Shown piece after piece: positions 55,674 through 64,000 of a stretch of DNA of 64,000 bases. The notes beneath the pieces were generated by a model that ran no database searches, had not been told where the DNA came from, and saw only the letters and a list, made by a program, of their open reading frames with translations. Made by a program: the position numbers and the translations under genes. This DNA is from an uncultured Candidatus Saccharibacteria bacterium. Lineage in GTDB: Bacteria > Patescibacteriota > Doudnabacteria > UBA920. Location of the stretch: the NCBI GenBank assembly GCA_964474825.1, contig CAYYWQ010000001.1:65420-129419 (forward strand), given 5' to 3'. Position 1 is the first letter of the stretch. The number at the start of each line of letters is the position of its first letter.

Positions 55674-55764
55674 ACTATAAAATAGTAGCGAGGCAGGTCA
55701 AGAAAACCTATGCGATATTTTAACGTGCTGAAAATACTATAAAGTATTTCTTAATTTTTGTCAA
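55674..55764 (-). promoter_or_regulatory. Tandem sigma70-type promoters for the 754-aa gene
   Basis: TTGACA-17-TATAGT (55764-55736) and TTGACC-16-TATAGT (55701-55674). Confidence 0.65.
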
Positions 55765-55940
55765 GTTTTAGATTGTGGATAACTTTACCATTTTTGGAAC
55801 GAATAAAAACGGTTTTTATAGTTGTCTTTATAATTTTTGTGGTATAATAAAATCACTACAGAACTACGAATTTATTGCGCTACCGATGCCTACAGAAAAA
55901 TGCACTTAATTTGTAATTGTCTAAAATTTAGAAACAAAAA

Positions 55941-56489
55941 ATGGATAATCAAATAAGAATAAATACACCAATGTCTCCGGCACCTTTACCGCCAAAGTCC
56001 CACAAAGGCAATGCCATTGCAGCAGTTGTTTTAGCTATGGTTGTTATTGCCGGTGGCTTAGTGTGGTGGAATAACAAAAAACCCAATACTACTAATAATC
56101 CTCCTGTGGGTTCCCAGCCAACCCCTACTCCCACTCCTTCAACAGACCCTGTGCATTTAAACGCGGCAAATCCCGCTCCTGCTCTGTTTCCTTTAAAAGT
56201 TCCTTTGGAAGCGGAAGGAAAAGTTATAAATACCATAGACGAGCCTACCAAGGCCCAACGTTCTTTTATTAGCAGTAAAACTGTAGAAGAGAACTATAAT
56301 CTTTATAAAGATTATTTTGAAAAAAACGGTTGGACAATTACGGATCGCCCTGAACCTACCGGCGTCACCGGTCAGGCTTTTGACGCTACTAAAAATAATT
56401 TAAAAGCTTCCTTTGAAACTAAAGCTAATAAGAGCGGCGTGGTTACCGTAAACATATATTTTACAGTAGTACCTCCCAAAAATAACTAA
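55941..56489 (+). CDS. Membrane-anchored hypothetical protein, paralog of 52402..52914
   Basis: TM segment, PT linker, SSKTVEENYNLYKDYFEKNGWTI. Confidence 0.8.
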   Translation: MDNQIRINTPMSPAPLPPKSHKGNAIAAVVLAMVVIAGGLVWWNNKKPNTTNNPPVGSQPTPTPTPSTDPVHLNAANPAPALFPLKVPLEAEGKVINTIDEPTKAQRSFISSKTVEENYNLYKDYFEKNGWTITDRPEPTGVTGQAFDATKNNLKASFETKANKSGVVTVNIYFTVVPPKNN

Positions 56490-56497
56490 AAAGCACA

Positions 56498-59400
56498 ATG
56501 TCAATAAGTAAGACCAAGCTTGTCACTACAATAATTTTTACTTTTTTTGCGTTAGGCGTTGTTTTTGCAACGGGTTATTATAACAACAGTGGATTTAAAG
56601 CTACCTCCTTTAGTTCAAAAATTTTATCAACTGCCTACGCCCAAAATTGTGACGGCTTTTGTGATTACAGGTGTGGTACTCCATGTGAGAGCAGTCCAAA
56701 CTTATGTGGGCGGACGAATACCGGGACTTACGATTGTTCCGGGTACTGCCCGGGCGTGTATCAGCCAAATGATCCTGAGACGGGTTACGGAGATACGTGT
56801 ACTTCAGCTTCAGCGAATAATTGCGGCACTTATGGTATAGGCTATATGACCTGTAGCGGCGGCAGCGACAATTTGTATTGTAATGCCGTAAAACCTGCGG
56901 ACGGCACCATTGCTTGTACTTCGGACTCCAATTGCAGCGACCCCGATGCCTGTACAACAGACAGGTGTAATAATGCAGGTTCATGTTCTTCTTATTGCAG
57001 TAATATAAGTAATCCTATTAATGGCGACTGGTCAGGATGGGGAACCTGTAGTAATACTTGCGGCAGCGGCACCCAAACTCGTTCTTGTAATAACCCTTCC
57101 CAGGCTTGCGGGGGTAGTAATTGTGTGGGGTCGAATACCCAGTCATGCGAAGATTACAGTACCTGTTCATATAATTGGCAAACAACCGCTTTTGACAGTT
57201 GTTCAGTGTCTTGCGGCCCGGGAACGCAAAACCGAAGTGTGGCCTGTGTGCGCAGCGACGGCACTCAGGTTGACGACAGTTTTTGTCCGGGCGCGAAACC
57301 TGCTATTTCACAACCTTGCAACAACGGAGCGTGCGCGTCGTGTACACCGGACGGGAGCTGTAGCGCTGCAGCACCCTCATGTGAACAAACAACCTATGGT
57401 TTAGACAACTGCGACAATCAATGTCAAAAAGTGGGAAGCTCTTGTTCCACATGTGTTTCCGATGCTAATAGTTGTGATGCTGCTACGCCACCTTGCGGCC
57501 AAACTACAACTGGGCTTGATAACTGCAATAGGTCTTGTCAAAAAACAGGCCCTTCTTGTAGTGTTACAGTAACCCCCTCCAATGGAGTCACTCCAACTCC
57601 TGATTACTCTCAAGGGTCAACGTCGGTTTCTTGTACTAGCGATGACCAATGCGCGTTTTTAAACGCTACGGCTTGTAATAAAAATGCCAGATGCAACGCA
57701 GGGTTTTGTCAGGCTGAGCCAAGCTGTTTTGCTTGTAGGTATGACTCAAGCAAACAATTAAGCGAAAGATATTCTTGTTCCGATACTTTAACATTCTGGG
57801 GAGCTACTACATTAGATACATGCTGGAGTTCTTGTAATCCTAACCATCTTTCTCCACCATCTTCTTGTGATACAGCCTGTTATCCTCAAGGGCCCGCGGC
57901 GTATGGCTCCGGTGTGCAGGATGGGTGTGGCTTTTTGGCCACTGACGGAGGGACAAGTTGTGTGGAAGTTGACGGCGGTACTTGGCACTATACCTTAACC
58001 ACTTGGACAAAATTAACCTGCAACGGTCAACAGCATACCCTAAACAATGGGGTTTGTAGTAATAATACATCAAGCTGCACTTTTACTATGAATCAACCAG
58101 GTTCTTCCTCCACTGGAGGAGCAGATGGTCCTTGTCCCGGAGGAGCCGGTCCCTCTAGCGGGGCTGTTTGCGGAAACCACAATGTAGAAAGTCCTGAAAC
58201 TTGTGACGACGGAAACCTGGTAAACGGTGATGGTTGCGACAAAGATTGCAAATTAGAAAAAGTAATTACCGTAAGCGCCCAGCCTACGTTTTTGTCTATT
58301 AATCCGGGTAACAGCGCGTTGTATGTTTTAACTTCGTCTTCTTTGGGCGCGCCTATTGCCAATGCAAAATTTACTTTTACAGGCGGTTGCCCTTCCGGCG
58401 CCACCTGCAGTTTTAATGCCAGCGGCAATTCTACGGACACCAAAGCTTTTAGCAGCAACTCGGCATCTACAAATTTAACTATTACTAATACGACAACTGT
58501 TGTGGCTCCCCAAACTAGGAGCTTAACATTTAAAGTGGAAGATTCTTCGTGCTCCGGCCAAGTTGGGTGTCCGACGGCGACTGGGATTGTAACTTTAGAC
58601 ATTGCTTCTAGTGCTTCCCGAACAATTAAGGGTAGTAAAGTTATAATGCCCGGAAACCAAGCTATTGCCCCGGCCGCGGCACAGGCAGTGAGTTTAGACG
58701 GCGGCTCCCCAACTACGGCTAATCCTTACATTTTTTCAAATGTTTCTTCGGGTAATCACACGGTTTCTGTTCCCAACATAAGCGGTTACAATACGGGTTA
58801 CACTTTGTGTTACAACGGCACTACCTGCCATAGCACTACAACCCCAACTGCGGGCAATAGTGTTGTGGTAAGTGTCCCGGCGGGAGGGTATGCGGATTTA
58901 TGGTGGCACTATACCCCGAGCGGCGGCGTTACTGCGGACTTAAAAGGCACTGTTTGGACAAATAGCACCCGTAATACGGCTTGGGGCGGATACAGTAATA
59001 TAGATGGGCCGGTTATTGTTTACGAAACCGCACCTTATGGTTTAACTTGGACAAGCAATGCGACAACATGTCTTTTGGATGGAGTTTCTGTAACTCCAAA
59101 TAGCAGTAACAATACTTACACCGCAGGCACAAATACCTGGACCCGTGTGCATACCTTGGCTTGCACCAGTGCTGCCGGCTCTGCAAGCGACACCTTTACT
59201 ATTTCCATACCACCGCCTCCAACCAACCCGGGCGGAAGTTGCGGGGGAGCGGGTACTTCGCTTTCGCTTTCTTGGTCTGCCCCGGCCGGGTACAATAGTT
59301 TTTATGTCCGTGTTGTGGATTTAGCCAACAACTCCGTGTTCTTTTATACAAACGACAACTATTCCGGTACAACCATAACCGTGCCGAATACAATAAGCGG

Positions 59401-61135
59401 ACATACTTATTCCTGGTGGGTTCATACCAGGAACGCGGTGCAGGGCGCTTACAGTACTGCCGTAGGTACAAATGTTGTTTGCGGAACAATTGTCGCGCCT
59501 CACATTTCCTTGGCTGGCGGTCCATTTAACTTTAGCGGCTACTCCGGCGGGCCAACCCCGGCCTCGCAGAATTCCTTAACCTTAACAAACACTGTTAGCG
59601 GAACCACTTTAAAATGGAAAGCATCAACCGACCAGTCCTGGTGCCACGTTAGTCCGACCACAGGTACACTTTCGAACACTTCGCCGGTTAATTTAACCTT
59701 AAGCGTAGACGCGCCTTCAAGGGTTACCACTGCCCAGTGTAACGTAAAAGTTGAGGACAATAGTTCTTCCCCGGCGGCAGACAACAGCCCTCAGACCGTG
59801 GCGGTTACTTACACTGTTGCCAGCTGCGCGGATTATTTGGTCCCTGCGTCTAATAACAGTACCGCAACTTTTACCAACATTACTTCAAACGGTTATACAA
59901 TTAACTGGAACCCCAACAGCGGTCCTGTGGACAATTGGTATGGTTATAAAGCGCGCTTACGCTTTGCGGCAAGCTCGGCCGATGCTATTAGCTGTAACCC
60001 GGGAGTTAATAGTTGCATAGTAAAATTTGATACTAACTCAGCCATTTCCAGCTATACAGTTACCGGCGCCTCTCCAAACACAACCTATTACAACCGCATT
60101 CCTGCTGTATGCTGGGACTTTAACGACCTCTATAATCCTGCCGGTAATCCGGCCGCCGCGGAAAACCAAAATAACGGTTATAACCAGCTGAGGTTTAAGG
60201 ATAATACGCCGTATCCGACAGTTACAACTTTGGCTTCAACCCCTGTTAACCCTATAAATCCGGGAAGCTGTAATTCCCAAACTAGCTGCGCCAGCGGTGG
60301 CGGTACCCCAGCTTGTGCCAACGTCCGTTTCCAGTTCACCGACAATTCCACAAACGAAGACGGCTTTAAAATCTACAAAAATTCCGTTAATTCTACTTCC
60401 AGCGCGGCGTTAATAAAGACTATTACCAGCACCACAGTGGCCTCCACCGGACAGAAATATACATACGATTATGATTTGGCCGGCGATACAGCAGTTTATT
60501 ATTACTGGGTAACTGCCTTCAGTTCTACCTTGGGGCAGTCCGCGTACTCGTCCATGAATTCCATTGCCGCTTTTATTTGCGGGCCGACTATTATCAATTC
60601 AGACAAGGAAATAGTAAAAATCAACGGAGCTACTATTAATCCCGCGCCCACTGCCTGCAACCAGGACAGTACCCCGCTGCCGTCTTATATTGTTCCAAAA
60701 CTCGACGACGTCCTAACCTTTTCCGTTAATATTTGCAATACTAACGGTTCAACTGTCCTTACCGGAATTACAGTCAGCGACACGCTAGTTAATTTGATTA
60801 TGCCTACCAGCGGTTGGAATATGTGTTTTACCAGGACTTATGGAGATTGCTCCGTGGGTACTCCAATTACTACTGTAGGCAGCGGCAGCGGCAAGTATAC
60901 AGTGAGCGGTAATACCTTAAATATTAATTTAACCGGCAGCTCCTTCAATATTCCGGCCGGACAGTCCGCCTATATAATGCTGGACGCGCAATTGCCTAAT
61001 AATACCAGTAGTCGTTTGTTCCAAAACACAGCCAGTATTAATTACACCGGGTCAGCCGGAGCCTTAGACGTGTTTACACCCTTCCAGCAGTTCCTAAACG
61101 GCGCCAACGCCCCAATTATTAGGGAAAGACCATAG
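56498..61135 (+). CDS. Giant Cys-rich surface protein with TSP1 repeats, a myxococcal disulfide repeat, FN3/BACON-like and DUF11-like domains
   Basis: WSGWGTCSNTCGSGTQTRSC, CSVSCGPGTQNRSVAC, CGNHNVESPETCDDGN..GDGCDKDC and ITVSDTL motifs. Confidence 0.85.
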   Translation: MSISKTKLVTTIIFTFFALGVVFATGYYNNSGFKATSFSSKILSTAYAQNCDGFCDYRCGTPCESSPNLCGRTNTGTYDCSGYCPGVYQPNDPETGYGDTCTSASANNCGTYGIGYMTCSGGSDNLYCNAVKPADGTIACTSDSNCSDPDACTTDRCNNAGSCSSYCSNISNPINGDWSGWGTCSNTCGSGTQTRSCNNPSQACGGSNCVGSNTQSCEDYSTCSYNWQTTAFDSCSVSCGPGTQNRSVACVRSDGTQVDDSFCPGAKPAISQPCNNGACASCTPDGSCSAAAPSCEQTTYGLDNCDNQCQKVGSSCSTCVSDANSCDAATPPCGQTTTGLDNCNRSCQKTGPSCSVTVTPSNGVTPTPDYSQGSTSVSCTSDDQCAFLNATACNKNARCNAGFCQAEPSCFACRYDSSKQLSERYSCSDTLTFWGATTLDTCWSSCNPNHLSPPSSCDTACYPQGPAAYGSGVQDGCGFLATDGGTSCVEVDGGTWHYTLTTWTKLTCNGQQHTLNNGVCSNNTSSCTFTMNQPGSSSTGGADGPCPGGAGPSSGAVCGNHNVESPETCDDGNLVNGDGCDKDCKLEKVITVSAQPTFLSINPGNSALYVLTSSSLGAPIANAKFTFTGGCPSGATCSFNASGNSTDTKAFSSNSASTNLTITNTTTVVAPQTRSLTFKVEDSSCSGQVGCPTATGIVTLDIASSASRTIKGSKVIMPGNQAIAPAAAQAVSLDGGSPTTANPYIFSNVSSGNHTVSVPNISGYNTGYTLCYNGTTCHSTTTPTAGNSVVVSVPAGGYADLWWHYTPSGGVTADLKGTVWTNSTRNTAWGGYSNIDGPVIVYETAPYGLTWTSNATTCLLDGVSVTPNSSNNTYTAGTNTWTRVHTLACTSAAGSASDTFTISIPPPPTNPGGSCGGAGTSLSLSWSAPAGYNSFYVRVVDLANNSVFFYTNDNYSGTTITVPNTISGHTYSWWVHTRNAVQGAYSTAVGTNVVCGTIVAPHISLAGGPFNFSGYSGGPTPASQNSLTLTNTVSGTTLKWKASTDQSWCHVSPTTGTLSNTSPVNLTLSVDAPSRVTTAQCNVKVEDNSSSPAADNSPQTVAVTYTVASCADYLVPASNNSTATFTNITSNGYTINWNPNSGPVDNWYGYKARLRFAASSADAISCNPGVNSCIVKFDTNSAISSYTVTGASPNTTYYNRIPAVCWDFNDLYNPAGNPAAAENQNNGYNQLRFKDNTPYPTVTTLASTPVNPINPGSCNSQTSCASGGGTPACANVRFQFTDNSTNEDGFKIYKNSVNSTSSAALIKTITSTTVASTGQKYTYDYDLAGDTAVYYYWVTAFSSTLGQSAYSSMNSIAAFICGPTIINSDKEIVKINGATINPAPTACNQDSTPLPSYIVPKLDDVLTFSVNICNTNGSTVLTGITVSDTLVNLIMPTSGWNMCFTRTYGDCSVGTPITTVGSGSGKYTVSGNTLNINLTGSSFNIPAGQSAYIMLDAQLPNNTSSRLFQNTASINYTGSAGALDVFTPFQQFLNGANAPIIRERP

Positions 61136-61287
61136 TAAAGTAAATAAAAAGACGGCCGCCTACAAAAGGTTGGCCGTTTTTTAATGATACAAAAAGAACT
61201 CGCTGTTGATTTGATTATATTTTTATTTTATAATGCTTAAAGGGCTTACTTAGGAACAAAATTGGAAACAAATTTATTAGGCTAATA

Positions 61288-61830
61288 ATGAAAAATAAAA
61301 AAACCACGGGATTTACATTGCTTGAGGTCCTTATAGTTTTGGCAATTATAGGGGTTTTAGCGTCTGTGGTTATGCTTGCGTTAAAAAGGAGCCGGCTTAA
61401 AGCTGCTAATGCTAAAATTCAAACCACAGTGCACCAGTTTCAAATAGCTTCGGAGTTGTATTTGGCCGACCATGGTGGTCAATATGTAAGAGTGTCTTCT
61501 TCTAATATTCTTCCAGGATGGGATATGAGTTCCCAGGGAAATTTTTTGCCAGAACTTAAGCCTTATATGGCCCAGGAGATTGAGCATCCAAACAACATAG
61601 ACAGTTATTTATATATTAATTTTCAAGACGTAGACGCTAATCCTTACAACGCCATTTCGGAAGCCTTTAGAAATGGGTGTTCATCAAAAGTGAAAGCAGT
61701 GCTCGTTTATGATTTTATTGGGGATGATCCCAATAACCCACAAACTACAGTAATAGATAGCTCCTGGCCGGTGTGTCATTCCTCTTACGGTGGGTCACCC
61801 TTAGATTTTAATTGCCTATGCCTTAATTAG
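61288..61830 (+). CDS. Type IV pilin / prepilin-type protein
   Basis: GFTLLEVLIVLAIIG motif. Confidence 0.88.
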   Translation: MKNKKTTGFTLLEVLIVLAIIGVLASVVMLALKRSRLKAANAKIQTTVHQFQIASELYLADHGGQYVRVSSSNILPGWDMSSQGNFLPELKPYMAQEIEHPNNIDSYLYINFQDVDANPYNAISEAFRNGCSSKVKAVLVYDFIGDDPNNPQTTVIDSSWPVCHSSYGGSPLDFNCLCLN

Positions 61831-61915
61831 GTTGGCTTTGCATAGTTCCAAATAAAAAAACCCGGATCCGTTGTCAGTTGTAATGCTGGCAAAATAAATC
61901 CGGGTTTTTATTTTA

Positions 61916-62410
61916 CTATACTTTTTTTCTAAGGCGTACCAGGTATGTTGTGGCTGTTATTACCAGGAGAATAATTAGCAGTTGACCCAGGGGAGTGTTG
62001 GTAAATGGTTTTGCCGTTTCTGAAACGGTAATGGTTATGGGAATTTTAGCCCCTGCCGCTACCGATAAACTGGTTTGGTCCAAAGGACGGCCAAGTATTG
62101 CCAGTTGTGTTTTATCTGCCCCGAGGAGGCCCTTAGGGTTAACTTTTACTGTTACGGTTCTGCGCCCACCCGGTTCTAAGGAGAAGCTGGTTGGCTCGGC
62201 CGTAATATAGTTGGGATAATCTTCCGAGTAAACCGCAAACACTACTACGTCTGGGCTTGGGTTGGCAACGGTTATTTCCTGGATTTTTTGCGCATTGTCA
62301 TCAAAAACAAAATCCAGCCTGGCAGGGGAAACCTGGATGCCGGAGGCAAGGGCGGTTGGCATGGATATCACAGCCCAAGTGATGATGAATATCAGAATTT
62401 TTTTTATCAT
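61916..62410 (-). CDS. Secreted Ig-like (PapD/DUF916-like) protein with a C-terminal TM anchor
   Basis: Signal peptide, GIQVSPARL, FSLEPG, C-terminal TM with basic tail. Confidence 0.7.
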   Translation of the reverse strand: MIKKILIFIITWAVISMPTALASGIQVSPARLDFVFDDNAQKIQEITVANPSPDVVVFAVYSEDYPNYITAEPTSFSLEPGGRRTVTVKVNPKGLLGADKTQLAILGRPLDQTSLSVAAGAKIPITITVSETAKPFTNTPLGQLLIILLVITATTYLVRLRKKV

Positions 62411-62485
62411 AATCTTGTTAGAGCAGGTAGCTTGTAGGAAGTAGTTGGTAGCCAGTATTGCTACAAGCTACCCGCTACTGACTAC

Positions 62486-64000
62486 TTACTGCCCCGTTGC
62501 CCAAATTATTAACTGTCCGGTTTTGCTGCCGCTACTTCCGGAGAAACCGGCAGGGATTTTTAATAGGGCATCTACAGCCAGGCTTTGCCCGCTATTTACA
62601 GTGGTGTTGAATTTTTGCCAGAATTTATTGTTTAGCCAAAGGTTGTTACCAAATAGCGTATCGCCGGAAACCGAAGCTGCAAGGCTAATGTTGCCGCTGC
62701 TGTTGTTTTGTATATGCAGGGTTTTGGCCACCTGGCTGCCGGGGGCAACGCTTCCAAAATTCAGGCTAGAACTGTCTACCGTAAAAGAAATAGAGGAGGG
62801 GAGCGTGGGCTGTGTTGAAGTGCCGTTGACTTGGCCGCCGCTAAAATTGGCGGCAAGGCTTACGGAAGAAGCAGAGGGTTCGCCAATTTTAAGCAAAACC
62901 TGGTTACTGCGAATGTAGCCGGTCTTTTGGGCGTAGACCTGATAGTAGCCGTCTGGGGCGGTTATAGAAGCGTGGCCGCTGCTGTCGCTGGAATTGTTAC
63001 CGGTGCCAAAATAAACGGTGGCGGCGGAAAGAGCGGAGAAGGAGCTGTTTTCAAAACCTTGTACGGTTGCGGTTACAGTTTGGCCGGAATTTGCGGTTAC
63101 AGCGGAGAGGTCCAACTTTGTCGGCTTCCAGCCGGAAAGGCCGTAGTACCATAGGACGCTGTCACCGTCTTTAAGCTGGTAGTCAGCCGCGCCTGTGGAA
63201 GGAGGCAGCGTGTTGTTAACTAAATAAAGCCAGCCTGTGGCGCCTGCTGCCGCATCGGTATTAATTTGGGTTAGGTAAGGACCTAAATTGTCGTTGTCTA
63301 TATTAAAGGTAAAGCCGCAAGTAGTAGCTGAATTTTTTATTACGTCCATGACTGTTTGAGCAGCGATTTGGCCGTTGCACACGGAGGCGCTTGAGCCTTC
63401 AATTCTAAAACCAACGGTGGGGAGCGAAGCGGTAATGGAATTAACCGGCAAACTTTTGCCTGTTAGCGCTATAACTGAGTAAGCGGTTTGTACGGGGGTA
63501 AAAGCATTGTCTTCGGTCGCAAAATAACCGTTAGCGTTTTGTTGTGACACTAAATAATCTACAGGACTGTGGCCGGACTTTGTCCAGCTCGAAGGTGAAA
63601 TAGCTAAACCGTTTAGCGCCCAAATTACAGAAGCGGTAGAAGACGGGTCGCTGTCCGTGCCCCAAGAGCTGGCAGGGTCAGAGGTGAAGCCGCCGTCATT
63701 ATTTTGAGCCGTCTTTAAAAAGTTTAACGCAGACTGAATGTGATTGTCGGATTCGTTTACACCCGCAGCTTTTAAAGCTAAAATTGCTGCTGCGGTAATG
63801 CCACTGTCAGCGTCACCAAAAGTAGTCCATCCAAAGCTGCCGTTTTCATTTTGATGGGACAGAATAAAGTTTTTAGCTCCGACAATAACAGGGTCAGTCG
63901 CGGGAACGCCCGAAGAAGTTAAAGCTAATATCCCAAAAACGTCATCGTTAATGGTAGAGTCTTCGCCAAGCTGACCGCCAGAAAAAAATGATTTTAATTT
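62486..64000 (-). CDS. Prenyltransferase/squalene-oxidase-repeat protein with a DUF4430-like domain (5' truncated by the window)
   Basis: Frame stays open to 64000 (..ILSHQNENGSFGW.., QNNDGGF, QQNANGYF repeats); GWLYLVN..GAADYQLKDGD motif. Confidence 0.8.
   Translation of the reverse strand, partial: KLKSFFSGGQLGEDSTINDDVFGILALTSSGVPATDPVIVGAKNFILSHQNENGSFGWTTFGDADSGITAAAILALKAAGVNESDNHIQSALNFLKTAQNNDGGFTSDPASSWGTDSDPSSTASVIWALNGLAISPSSWTKSGHSPVDYLVSQQNANGYFATEDNAFTPVQTAYSVIALTGKSLPVNSITASLPTVGFRIEGSSASVCNGQIAAQTVMDVIKNSATTCGFTFNIDNDNLGPYLTQINTDAAAGATGWLYLVNNTLPPSTGAADYQLKDGDSVLWYYGLSGWKPTKLDLSAVTANSGQTVTATVQGFENSSFSALSAATVYFGTGNNSSDSSGHASITAPDGYYQVYAQKTGYIRSNQVLLKIGEPSASSVSLAANFSGGQVNGTSTQPTLPSSISFTVDSSSLNFGSVAPGSQVAKTLHIQNNSSGNISLAASVSGDTLFGNNLWLNNKFWQKFNTTVNSGQSLAVDALLKIPAGFSGSSGSKTGQLIIWATGQ

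Noticed and set aside
62486-63550. ORF-track start at 63550
   Set aside because: The frame stays open with repeat motifs to the window edge, so the true start lies outside the window

Overview
Low-GC bacterial chromosome segment, most likely Patescibacteria/CPR. This is an inference from mostly SD-less native genes, many prepilin-type genes, giant secreted proteins, and CPR-style palindromic and heptamer repeats. Positions 1-10.4 kb hold a minus-strand de novo purine cluster (purL-purQ-purF-purN-purD-purE-purM). It is followed by housekeeping and accessory genes, a type IV pilin cluster, a PIF1-like helicase, VKOR and DsbA, two giant secreted proteins sharing an unusual ~80-aa leader, and a Cys-rich TSP1-repeat protein. 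I saw no rRNA, tRNA, CRISPR array, integrase, transposase or reverse transcriptase. The most unusual signal is a dispersed set of self-contained GC-rich transcription units: an AT-rich sigma70-type promoter, usually a strong SD, an orphan ORF or no long ORF, and a hairpin terminator. In several of these the 5' and 3' ends base-pair over long range. They include three tandem structured units upstream of purL (10.4-11.8 kb) and a 2.7-kb unit whose 5' and 3' UTRs pair around a 754-aa ORF. All RNA pairings were identified by eye and need computational and experimental confirmation.
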